Assembly (NCBI RefSeq): GCF_009914755.1
Contig: NC_060926.1
Length of the DNA: 64,000 bases
Reading direction: 5' to 3' (one strand)
Source: the human T2T-CHM13v2.0 reference genome, Homo sapiens
Below are positions 47,337 to 60,427 of the stretch, in pieces; the first letter of the stretch is position 1; each line of letters starts with the position of its first letter. Under the pieces are notes generated by a model. The model ran no database searches. It saw only the letters and a program-made list of their open reading frames with translations, and was not told where the DNA came from. Both the position numbers and the translations under genes were made by a program.

Positions 47337-48229
47337 AGCTTTTAAAAAATATTTTGCTTCTAGAGTTTGTGGTTCTTCTCTGTGGTAGGATCAGTCTGGT
47401 AAGAATTTATTCGGCCAAATTAAGAGAAAACTCTTTGTAGTGACTGATATTTTGATCTCCACTTACTTGGCTTCTCTATCTCTCCAATCCTTTTTGAGTA
47501 GTCCATTAAAATAAGATATTAAGATATAGTAATAATTATAAGAGAGAATGGGATTGAGCTGAAACATTATCAAGAAGAACAAAATAATGGGTGAATTGGA
47601 AATATAAAAAGAATCAATTGGATTTGGCAAAAATTTATTTTCAAAAGGCTAAGGAATAATTCTAAAGCTAGTTGATTTTCAACTTAAAAGAGCTAGTAAT
47701 TTCTTGGTACAGAGCAGTCTGAGGGTATTCAAAAGAAAATAAGTATATTGGCTAACCCTGAAGGAGTTAAAAAAATGGGTTAAAGCCTGAACATATTGTA
47801 TATGATGTGCCAGCATGGCACCTGTGTGTACCCTACAGCAATAAAATGAAAATTTAAGTTTAAAGCCAAGAAGCAATATTAGGGAAGAATTGTATATTTG
47901 TGGATCAATACTGATATTAGATCTAAATATATTAGAATAGACTGTTGCAGGGATTCTATTACAGTTTGAACCAGATGAAATTGTTATTTCTGTGAATCAG
48001 AAACAGTCACACACTGGCAATTTTATATGGTTCAACCAAATAAACAGAAATCCCAAAGCAGAAACATAGGAAACACCAATCTTATTTAAGAAACAAATTA
48101 CCTAATAGGAACCTACTGGGAGATCTATTAGGAGAGGTCAGCATAGTAGGAGAGGGGCTACAGGGCCAGTAAATATGTAAAGTTGATGAATGACTGAGGT
48201 AGCACTAGAGAGTAATGAGAAAAAAATAT

Positions 48230-49680
48230 AAATTTAATAAATTCTGCTAGGAACATTGGTTAATTATATAGAAAATATGTAGTAACATTCTTACATCATA
48301 GACAGTAATGAATGTACGCATGTATGGATGTAATAAACATTTAGAAATAAAGAGAAACTTCAAAGCTCTTAGAAGAAAATACAGGAGAATATTTGTGACT
48401 TGGGGGCATTAAGTCAAAATTTGATAAATGGGATTATATTAAAATTAAGAACTTCCATTCATCAAAGGACACTATAAAGAGGCAGTTCACAAATTGGGAG
48501 AAGTCACTGTAACACCTAAAACCAACTAACACATTGAACCAAAAATGTGTAATGAACACCTAAACATCATTAAGAAAAGACAACAAGCAACCCAGTAGAA
48601 AAAGAGTCAAATAATGTGAACATATATTTCACTGAAAAGGAAATGTGAATTGCCCGTAAATAAATGAAGTTATGCCTCTTTAACAATGAAGAAACTATAA
48701 ATTTAGACCATACTATCCCACTAGTGTACACTCATTAGAGCGCCAAGAAAAAGTTTAATAATAGCAAGTGTCACTGAGGGTGTGGATAAACACCCTTACA
48801 CATTTCTACTGAGGTTATGAAACAGTATAACTATTTTTGAATACATTATATGGTAAATTTAAATAGTTTCATACTTTATAGGCCAGTAACCTGTCTCTAT
48901 TATATACTCATGGGAAACTTTTCCACATGTGGACCTGAAGACATCTATACAAATTTTCATAGAAATATTAATTGTAGTGTAAAAATTAAGATTGTATCAA
49001 AAAGTATGCAAAATAATACAGCAATGAGTTATTATATAAACAAAATAAAATATTATAGGGCAATAAAAATTGAATTATGGTACTTAACATTTAGTGACAA
49101 AAGGAATTTATAGATGACATCCTATAGTATAACTTTTATTTATTTATTTTTTCAGATTGGGTCTTGCTCTGTTGCCTAGGCTGGAGTACAGTGGTACCAG
49201 CATAGCTGATGGTATCCTAGAATTTCTGGGCTCAAGTCGTCCTCCAGCCTTCGGCTTCTGAGTAGCTGAGACTAAAAGCCCATACCACCATGCCCAATTA
49301 TTATTTTTTATTTTTTATTTTTGTAGAGACAGGGTCTTGCTTTTTTACCCAGGATGCTTTCCCACTCCTGGCATCAAGTGATCCTCCTACCTTGGCCTCC
49401 CGAAGTGTTGGGATTACAAGTATGAGACACTGTAATTAGCCAGTATAACATTTCTGTAAAAACCCAAACTAACACAACTTCACAGTATAGTATTTTGAAG
49501 TTTATACAAATGTTATTAAACTATAAAAATAAAAACATATTAATAAAAAATTCAAGAAATATGGGGAGAAAGACATAGTATATAGAAACTCACAGATTCA
49601 TGTATTATATTAGTAACAATTATTTCTTAAGCTCAGCAGTTAGTTCATGAATACTCATTTTGTTATTATTTTTAAAATAT
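48230..49680 (+). mobile_element. Old L1ME-like ORF2/3' end, interrupted by AluJ
   Basis: 'cttagaagaaaatacaggagaatat', 'ttgataaatgggattatattaaaattaagaacttccattcatcaaaggacac'. Confidence 0.75.
49134..49441 (-). mobile_element. AluJ
   Basis: Diverged antisense dimer ('ctgggctcaagtcgtcctcc'); agtataac on both flanks. Confidence 0.9.
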
Positions 49681-50464
49681 TTCCTTAAAATGAACTTAAA
49701 TATTTTAAATTAAAAAGGAACACATAAAAGTAATTATATAAATAAAACAACAAAATCTAAAATTCTCATTGTTATATAACATATAAATTCATATGTATTC
49801 TCTTATACATTACAATAAAATATATAATAAAATAATATATATTAGATTAGATAAATTATGTCTCAAATTCCATTATATTCTATATATCAGAAATTCTTAA
49901 TATTACTATAATTAATTTTGTAAATAGTGTTTTAAATTCCATGAAATAAATCCCCATGTCTTTAAAAATTATCCTGAAATTGAAAAAGAAAAAAAGGTTT
50001 TTAAGTTTTATTATATATAGCATATCTAATTTCTCAGAGAGGAAGAAATTACAATAGAATATTTCATTTCTGGATAAAAATATATTAGTGAGAAACAGAA
50101 GCAATGAAGTCTAAGTATATCTTCTCAGGCTCAATGAAACAGCTGGTGCCCTAGACATTTTCCTGTTTTTCCTCTTGGGAACCGAGATACTGACCATATA
50201 TGTTTTTCTAGACTAAAAATAAATATTAGCCCGACGCTTCAACTGAATATTAGTCCAGCAAGCCCTGAGGGAAATCTAACTGCAGATCTAAAAGAGTCAG
50301 TAAAATGTATCACCTGCTTTTCCGCTTCCTTGTGAAATTGCTTTTAACTAGGGAGTGTATTTGTATGAATATGTAGGGATTCATTCATAAACAGAAAAAA
50401 TAAAAATAAAATGGATGAAAATGAGAGACATCAAATTCAGAATGATGAGTGAGTGCATGGGTAG

Positions 50465-50804
<340 letters not shown>

Positions 50805-51733
50805 AGTAATGTTTATTTTGTAAGCTGAATAGCATGGTGAAGGATATGCACTATATCCTTTTATACATTTTGCATGTCTAAATTATTTCATAAGAAATGA
50901 AAACTTCCAAACTATTTTAATGAGAAACCAAAAGCTTATGAAGTAATGGTTTCTTCCACAAAAATTTATTATGCACCTGCAATGGTCAAAGCTATACAGT
51001 ACATTTATTTTCGGTGGAAAATAAAGAACTACAAAATTTGAACTTGAATACTCCAAGAGAAATGGAGTCAAGTCCCAAGTAACCTTACATAATGTGTCCT
51101 ATATTCCTGGGACGCAATGTGAACACAGAGCTGTCGATATTCAATCGGAAGTGGTTCCTCCAGTGAGGAAGCACCTATATAAAGAAGTCATCAATCCATC
51201 TGAGATCTGGGGATGAGAACTTATTTTTCATGGAAATAATTGATTGTGAGAAAGATTTCAAAAGAGGCTTAAGATAGCATTTGCTTTACTAGGGAGTGCA
51301 TCTATAAGAATATTTGTAAGGAGATATGGAGGAGCATGACTGCAGCTCTGCAGGCTGCTAGAAAACACCATGTGATAATGGAAATAGCAGAGCATTTGGC
51401 GTGAGATGGCCTGAGATTCCCTCCTGGCCATGTCACTTACCGAGAGTCGTGGCACTTGGCAAATTACTACCTTTCACATTTGGCAGTTGGGAATAATGGG
51501 AAATTTCAGCCTCATGGTTTTAAGAGTAACAAGTCAAGTAATACATGCACTTTGATATCATAAGACTCCAGATAAATGTTAGTTTTTACCTTTAAGTAGT
51601 AGAAAAGAGGGCTGGGGAATTAGATTGGGTCATTTGGTGAATGGTCATGTGTAGACTGACTTTAGAGATTTTCATGATTGAAAGCGGAAGGAAAAGTCAC
51701 AGATGAATGAAAAGTACTGAACCTGGTCTTGCA

Positions 51734-51744
51734 TGCTGAGTCAT
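51734..51744 (+). promoter_or_regulatory. Perfect NF-E2/NRF2/BACH-sMAF (ARE/MARE) motif TGCTGAGTCAT
   Basis: Exact consensus match only; no functional evidence. Confidence 0.3.
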
Positions 51745-51749
51745 AACTA

Positions 51750-52400
51750 ATTTGGGGTTGGCTATTACATTTTGTACACATTGTTTGATTTGATTTGCTA
51801 TATTTTTAGGAATTTTTATCTCTACATCCAAGAGTTACATGGGCTGATAATTTCCTTTTCTCAAACTACATTCTCTGGCTTGGATTTAAGGTTATGACAA
51901 AATGACAAAAGTGATAGAAATAATTTCCTCTTTTCTGTTTCCAGAAGGGAATGATCTAAACCTATAACTGTCAGTTGAAAACACTTATAAAACCATTGGG
52001 GCATGGTATTTATTTTGAACAACCATACTATTATTTCAATTACTTTAATATTTATAAAATTATTTAGATTTTCTATTTCTTATTGTGCCAACTTTGGAGG
52101 GACATGTTTTCTGAGAATTCATCTATTTTGCCTGTGGTTTGATATTTATTAGTTAAAAATTGTTCATAATATTCTCATATTTTAGTTTATATGTCCACTT
52201 TATCCATAGTTCTCTCCCATGTTTCATTTATAATATTATATATTTGTAACTTTTTTCTTTTTTCCTCAATAAGTTTTATCAGAGGTTTGGTTACTACTAA
52301 TCTATTAAAAGAAATAACTTTTTGGTTTTATTGATCTGCCTAGTCCTTCTTCACCTTGCAGTTTCTTAGAATATATTTTGTGTTCCTTTTCTAACTACTT
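51750..52400 (-). mobile_element. Old L1 ORF2 fragment
   Basis: 'tttgatttgctatatttttagg', 'ttatttagattttctatttctt', 'ttggttttattgatc'. Confidence 0.6.
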
Positions 52401-53237
52401 TAGTACTTATGCTCTAGATGATCTTCCTCACGACCCCATGCTCATCTCTCTGACCTCCCCTGCAACTGCTTTTAGTCCTGCTGACTCTGCTTAGACCTGC
52501 AATTCTCCTTGCTGTTCCTAAAACGTACCAGGCATGCTGGTGCTGAGGGTCTTTGCTCTGTTAACTCTGCCTGCATTGCTTTACCCCGATCACCTCTAAT
52601 ATAACTTCCTCATTTTAAAGTCTTTCTCATCCTGTCTTCTCAATGAGTCCTTTCTCTTCTATTAAATACTACCACCTCCTACCATAGCACTTGTTAACTT
52701 GTAATACGCAGTTAAATACACTCTAAAATACAACTGTTAGCCCTGCATAGCTCTCTTTGCCTCCTCAAGCCTCAGTTCTAAGAAAGTAAAGGGTTGGACT
52801 AGATATAGATGTATAGTTTTCCCTTCCTTTCCAAATAGAAAATTCTGTGATTCTATAATTTGAATTTTGCCTATTAAGCCCCAAAGATTTAACAGTGTAT
52901 GGTTTTCAGTTGAGACAAAGCAGAATGCATGAGTGTGATAAGAATTATTAGAGAAGGACAAAAAAACAGGCATTTATAAGAATTAGTGAAGATGGGACAT
53001 ACCTAGGAGGAAAGCCCAGCATTATGTTATAGTAAACAGGAGTGATATAATATGAACGAGTTGATTCTTGTCTTTTCTGGGAGTCATAGCTGTCTGGTGG
53101 CTATTTTGAATAACTAGAACACTAATGCCAACTTGTTGGCACTTTACATTAGGTAAATGCTTGTAACTGCTCACTGTCTTAGCAATGAGAAATAACCTGG
53201 AAGTACAAAAAGATGTTCCTTTAAAATACAACTCCCA

Positions 53238-53538
53238 GGCTGGGTGCAGTGGCTCATGTCTGTAATCCCACCACTTTGGGAGGCTGAGGCAGGAGATCAC
53301 TTGAGCCCAGAAGTTCCAGACCAGCCTGGGCAACATAGTGATACCCTATCTCTATAAATTTTTTTTTTTTAATTTTCCAGGTATGATGGCATATTCCTGT
53401 GGTACCAGCTACTTAGGAGACTGAGGTGAGAGATACAGCTTGAGCCAGGGAGGTTGAGCCTGCAGTGAGCCGTGAATATGCCACTTCACTCCAGCCTGGG
53501 CAACAGAGCCAGATCCCATCTCCAAGGGAAAAAAAAAA
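53238..53538 (+). mobile_element. AluJ with T-rich central linker
   Basis: 'gatcacttgagcccagaagttccagaccagcctgggcaacatag' (J-type); TSD-like acaactccca/accactccta. Confidence 0.92.
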
Positions 53539-55124
53539 CCACTCCTAGATGATTACTCTAGAATAGAATCTATGTCCTCAAGGAGCCATGAAAGGGAACT
53601 CAAAGGATTTCAGGATTGGCAGGTGTGCAGGTTTTGGCTTAATAAAACAAATCTCAGGGCTTGACCCTGTACACATTACTTAAATTCTCTGACTTTTGTT
53701 TTCTTCACTCAAATGCGTGTTTTATAATATTCTCGCCTCTTGAAATATTGCACGTAATTTTCAGCCTTGTTTCAGGTACCAAGGATCCAGCAGACAATAT
53801 ATACCATGCCACTCCTTCTGGAGTTCAAGTTTTACTCAGGGAAAAAGCTAAGGAGCTTAATTTGCAAGCAAGTCATAGCTTCATACATTAGGATGCTCCG
53901 ACTCACACTTAGATGCACAATGTATTTAAATCAATTGCTTTTTAGTGAATTGTTTATGTGATGTCTGCAATTTGACAAGGAAGGGAGTGAGGGAAAATTA
54001 TCGCCAGTTAATATATTCTGGTAGAAACACTTATAATTCCCAGACTACTTAAAATGCTCAGCAGCATTCAACTAGATATAATGAAAGCAATAAATGAAGC
54101 AAATTTGGCCTTGAAGTTATTGAGTGACTCCTGATTTTACAATAAATGATAGCAGAATGCTCTGGATGACTCTCAACCAGAAAAGCAATCTAAAAAGGCG
54201 TATATGTATCAAGAGTGTCACAATCTTTTTGGGGGTCTATTTGTCACTTTGTCACCTAGCACAGCTGTGAAAGGTGGGTAATGAATTTCACTTTTTCCTT
54301 ACCATTCCAGACATCTGGAAGATGTAGTTTCAGTAGAAAGTGGCTTCAGCTGGAGTAGGGTTGTGTTTAACATTTTTGCTGAGAAGGCATTTTGAAAGGT
54401 CCTCTGGTCAAATTAGGCTAAGTGCTAACATTGAAAGCAAGTTTTAAGTAATTGCTTATCTTTCAGAGCTAAGTGTCTCCCATATTATATTTGTGGCAAT
54501 AGGACAAATGGTCACAGATCTAGTCATTATAAATCTGTCCAAAACATATTAAAAGGTGACAGGTTCATGATAGGGGCTGGGAAGGGGACAGTTATAAGGC
54601 TCTGAAATTAGAATAAACCATTCCATTAATAACTTTATCTATACTTGCATAGGGTATCATGCTTCGTAATCTAAAGCATATGCACCACATTTATCATGTT
54701 GGAATATATAGCTATTTGAATAGAATCTAACCCCCCACTTTTCTATCATTTTACCCATCATTTAGTCATTCAACAAACAGTTATTACAAACTTGTCATAT
54801 GTCTGGTCCTTGGGAAAACAAACCAGACAAACTCTGCTTTCCAGTATTGTAGTATTTAGAGGAGGACAGACCTGAGAATAAATAAGTTCATTCCTTTGGA
54901 GGAAATGTCTAACAGTCCCTAAGGCAGTTAAGGGAAACCTTTACAGATAAGAAAATGATTACATTGAATCTTTATAAAAATTTTTTTGCCACCCGTTATG
55001 CAGGAAAAATGTTGGATCTTGAAAGTGGAGTAAGAATAAATGTGGCAGAAGAAAATGGAGAAGAATGTTTATGTCAGAGAGATGGAACATAGGCAGAAGC
55101 TCAAGGAGATGGAGGACATTGTAA

Positions 55125-55260
55125 ATCTTAGAATATGGGAGGATGTGCATAGGCAATATGCAAATACTATGCCACTTTTCATCAGGGATTTGAGCATCCT
55201 TGAATTCTGACATCCTTGGAAGTTTCTGGAACCAATTCCCATGCATACCGAGGGATAACC
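55125..55260. mobile_element. MER2 (Tigger-family) fragment
   Basis: 'gggaggatgtgcatagg...tatgcaaatactatgcca...atcagggatttgagcatcc...ctggaaccaattccc...ataccgagggata'. Confidence 0.85.
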
Positions 55261-56769
55261 TTATATGTGGATATATACATATATAGATGTATATATTTAG
55301 GTCTTTAAGTGTGTGTGTATATAGTTATATATGTATGTAAAAAGTAGAGCCAATGAATGAGAATGGTAACCACCAAATTAAGGATGGAGTTTTATCAGGA
55401 TAGAGGATGAGAAATAAGATAAGGGAAACGTACATTAGGGGAATTCCATTCTACTTTTAAGGTAAGCATTCAATACACAAACTTAATATTATTATTTTGT
55501 ACCATCTGTAGATATAAATAATTCCATAATAACATAAATAGTAACAGAAAATGGGGAGCCACTGCAATTGAAGCAGGGTGGCAGGAAATGGAGCACTGCC
55601 TTGGGGTCCTCATTTAACCCAACCCACCCACTGTAGCCCTGAGATGTAGATTTTACAAACACTTAACTAGAGCATATTTACATTTTTATTCTACTTTAGC
55701 ATCCTGTGTCCTCACTGTCTTAATTTTTTTTTAAAGGCATAAGCTGCAGGAATCTTGGTTATCTTTCCACTGCACTCTCATTGTTCCTCAGCCCTCAGAT
55801 GGCATATTGTGTGAGCAGACACCCCCATAGAAGCAGAGGCGGCCTTCTAGGTAATAGAATACAGTGACTGTGGAAAAGACTCCCTTTTCCCTAAATGAGG
55901 ACTTTAGTTCTACCTCTGAATCTGTCAGTTGCTAAGCATGTAGATTTCTTATATATAAAATGAGGAGATTAGATCACATTTCTTCAAATTCAATATTCCT
56001 TTTATGCTTCTTTCTGAAAAAAAAATGTATGAATTTGCAGCAGGGTATTCTGAGATCACAATAGAGAAGACAAGACAGAAAGTTTGAGAGCCTTGGTTGG
56101 GAAGAATGACCTGGCTACAGAGCATCACCCAAGCAGGGATGGTCAATAATCACATCCATTTTCAATCTGGTCGGATATACTCAAGTCTAGTCCAAGATTC
56201 TGTTGGTATCTGAAGGAAAACTGGAGGAGTTTCTAGGCTGTTGAAACTCTTGCAGTCAGTAAAGTAGAGGATTTTGCTTCTGGAATGTTGAGTTGTCCTT
56301 ATTGAAGCAATCTAATTCATATTTTCAAGTAAATGGAGTTGATATAGGATAAGCAGTTTGGTAGAGCCCCAGGCTCCCATAGGGGCATAAATTCAGAACA
56401 AAGTTTTATAGGAACCAGGAGAAAAGCGTGGAAGCTTAATCACATGAAGTAAGCTCCTGTGTATTCCATGAAGGGTGGAATAAAACAACTTGTTTAATGT
56501 ATACGTCCCAGCACTCACCAAGGTACTCTAGTCTTGCTTTACTCACTGGGAAATACGGGGTTTTAATATACAGGCAGGGTGGGTTCCCGTGAGACTGGGG
56601 ACAAAGTATATCTAGGTGTAGACTCTAGGCCTGTAGTTCTAAAATTTTACTTCACCTACAAATCATCCAGAAGGCTTTTTAAACATACATTTTCAGAAAT
56701 TAAATTTTGGTTTGCTTTGGGGTAAGAGAATGGAGCTCAAGCCTAAAGCTGGGAATTGAGAGCCAACAT

Positions 56770-58000
56770 TCTTAGAGAAGAGAATCACAGAGAAAGTTGC
56801 TGTAAAATCTATGTACATACTCCACTCAAATTGTTGGCTGCTTTCTAAGCTATGGATATATAAGGTGAGAGTCAAAAATATATAGAAGGAAATAGCAGAT
56901 AGTAGGCTACAATGGAGATCAGAGCGTTTACTAGTCACCTATGCTGGGGAGGCTGAGTCTGGAGTACTGAGAGTTTTCAAGTTAGAGAAGCCCTTATAAA
57001 CTCTATGAACTTTTCTTTCACACCCCAGAACTCTTGCCACAGAAGTTCTACACCTAAGGATTAAGAACAAGCGTTTAGGAATAAGGGGTATGGCCTGGGA
57101 GGAAGAACAACTTTGAAACAAACCAGCCCTAATTACTGTCCAGCTAAAATCCATGCGACAACACAATGATCTATTGTACTGTGTGTGCTCACCTCTTTAA
57201 AGGAAGACTTTTTTTATATAATACTCTTTGTTATATTAAAAGAAATAGGAATCTTGATTAAAAAGGCACTTGATCGGAACCAAGAGAAACAATAGACACT
57301 AGAAACAAACCTACAATTGATTGAATTGTTAGAGTTGCCAGGCAGAAACTCTCAAAAGAAAAACACAAGCTATAATTAATATATTCAAGATTATAGAGAA
57401 AAAAAGATTGAGAATTTTCAGCACTGTGGCAGCCAAGGAAATGGAATGCTTAGATCACCTTTCAAGAAACAACTTGCTCTGAGAGGTGTAGTTAGCAGAC
57501 AACCACGAAAGAAAATATGGATAGATTAGACTCTAGCAATTTTAAGAACTTAATTAGAAACATCATTAAGATATTAAAAGTTAAGCCACTTTCTAGTAGA
57601 TGATATTTGTCATACATATATCTGACAAAGTGCTCATATCCACTACATATAAATGACTATTACAAATGCATGAGAAAAAGACAACTCAATTAAAAAACAT
57701 GAGCAAAACACTTGAATGGGCACTTCACAAAAGAGGATATCTAACTGGCCAAAAAGTATAGGTGCTCAACATTATTTGTTATTAGAGATATGCAAATTAA
57801 AATCACAATGAGATAACTCTTCATACCTAGTTTTGGCAAGGATGTGGAACATCCAGAAGTCATATATAGGTGGGGGTATAAATTGAAAAAACTAGCAGAG
57901 TCTATTAAAGCCAAACATATGCCTAATCCATGACCCTGTGATTCCACTCCTAAGTATATATGCAAGAAAAATAAATGCAGATGTCTGTCAAAAGACATGA
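56770..58000 (+). mobile_element. Patchwork of old L1 fragments with a short LTR16-like piece at ~57425-57505
   Basis: 'atatctgacaaagtgctcatatcc', 'cacttcacaaaagaggatat', 'attccactcctaagtatata'; 'tgtggcagcca...agatcacctttcaagaaa'. Confidence 0.6.
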
Positions 58001-58261
58001 AATTTACTTATAATAGGAATCCATAGTGGCTGAAGGAAAAGTTAAAATATAAGGGATTTCTGGAACTAAAAGGGTAAATTAAATCAGAAGGAAAGCACAT
58101 GCAATCATCGGTCCAAAGGATTCTGGAGTGATCACTCTATACATGGGATGATAGTTGAGGCTTTCAATTGTGGACTGGAATGTGAAATATGTTAGGATGG
58201 GTCAGAAAGTTTTAAATGGTCATGTGTATTCTAGGCAGATTAAAAAAAAAAAAGGAGCACT

Positions 58262-58576
<315 letters not shown>

Positions 58577-59509
58577 TCAACCAGAAATGATTCTGGAAGA
58601 GCTGGCCTTGACAATCTAATATCATGGTTTGCTCTGGGCATCTAAAGGACTAAGCACACAAAATATTAAGCACACAAAATATAGAGTCAGGTAACGATCA
58701 CACAAAGAAAACATGGGAAAACACTAACAGCCAACTTTGCTTAACATTAGATTTTTACTATCTAATGCCATCTTTCACATGGCTGCTTTCTCATTCTATT
58801 GGGTGTATGCTTTATGTAAAAATTGTTAATAACTGCCATTCTGATATCACTTTGCTGTTCCCAAAAACAGTTGTCACATTAAAGCAGAAAATACTAGTTC
58901 AGAATATATGAGATTTTCCAGAAGTTACACAAAGTCTCATGATTCTATCATCAGGGTTTCTGAACCTCAGCACGTTTAACTCAGACTCTCCGTGTTCTAT
59001 CCTGTAAAGACAGGAGAAAAATCGCTGGCATTGTAAGATGGATATGGGCTTCCAATGAACTCGTTTAGCTCAATAAAGTCTGAAAACATATAAAGGATTT
59101 TTATGAAAGACCTAGCGGAATCCAGCTACTAAAGAGCATGTCTACATACGCACAAGCAAATGAGATGATATTAGAAACCATTTCAATTTTCTCATGACTG
59201 TGGGACAACTGTCCCTTATTCTTCAGCACAGTTAGGCTGACCTGCAGGGCTACCAGTGTAGAGAGGTATTAGATTGTCTCTGATGTAAATAGGAAAAGTT
59301 AACAAGGTATTGCTGTAGTTACACAGTGCTATCCCAAGCCATCCTGACTTTTCCCTTCCATGCCGACAGCACCAGCACCACCTGGAGTCATCTTGGACTG
59401 TGGTGTCGTCTTCGGATGCTGTGCTAGTTTGGATTTCTGGACTGCCTAACTCTTTACTTCTCTAAGAACAGCATCCTCCACGGGACAAATATCCTCACAG
59501 CCAACTGGA

Positions 59510-59892
59510 CTTTGGATGGATACATGATCCAAAGTAGGCCAATTAAATGGGTTTTTGGGATTAGAACTGAGAGTCAGTCTGGTCAGGCTGATATGGATTC
59601 TTCAAAACGAGTAGACGAGCCTCAGAAGCTATTAGGTAAGACTAACAAATGATGCCTGCTCTACGGGATGGAGGGAGCAGCAGAAGCCTGTCTGTGGGGT
59701 CAGGGAGGCAGAAACAATAGACGGAGGTGTCACCATGACAGTTTTATAGTTAGTCCCCAGTCCTAGCTCCTAGGCAGCCAGTCTGCATTCCTGAGTTCTG
59801 AGAGAAAACCCTGTTTCCTTTCAACAAATTCCCATTTCATAGTCAGCTAGCTAGCTGGTTTCTGTTACTTGCACATAAAGAATCTTGACTAT
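59510..59892 (+). mobile_element. Old MaLR LTR (MLT1-like)
   Basis: 3' end 'caacaaattccca...gctggtttctgttacttgcac...aagaatcttgacta'. Confidence 0.65.
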
Positions 59893-60427
59893 GATTCCCA
59901 AGATATATTTTCCTAAATGTTAAAATACGAGATAGGTAATGGTAATAGTAAAACACTGCTTTTTCTGTGAATCTTCACATAGTTTCACATTCTTTTATAA
60001 GAAAAACTGATTTAAGTTTCAATGACTCGTATGTATTTTTGCAGAACTTGCCTTTGAAATATGAAGACTACCTGTTCTGTTTTTACTGTTATTTCTGCTT
60101 CCCTTTTAAACAAGCACAAATACTTTTTATTTTACTTTATAAACGGCATCAGAGGCAAAGCTAATGCTTCCATCCCTACTCTGGAAGCCCACGTTGGGCT
60201 GACTCAACTGATATTTTTCTAAAACTCATTAAAATGTTGGTTAAAATGTTTTTAAAAGGGAAACAAAAAAGCAAAGAAAAATTTATTATAATTCTTGAAG
60301 GATTGTTCCACTCTTTTCCTCTAGTTTCATGAAAATAACATTTTCAAAATAAAAAGTGTTCAGCCTGGAGTTTTGTTTTTGTTTTTTGTAATTGCTAATT
60401 TCTTTACAGATTGAACAAGAATTTATC

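Larger units (their letters stand above)
39070..47430 (-). mobile_element. Near-full-length ancient L1M, collinear from 3' UTR through ORF2 and ORF1 to the 5' region, with at least five later insertions
   Basis: 3' UTR ~39.1-40.3 kb; ORF2 remnants (41367-41564: IRRLDIVKMSLLSKLIYKVNTI); ORF1 remnants (44225-44810); 5' region ~46.4-47.4 kb. Confidence 0.75.

Noticed and set aside
58650-58682. 16-bp direct repeat taagcacacaaaatat x2
   Set aside because: Ordinary slippage duplication.
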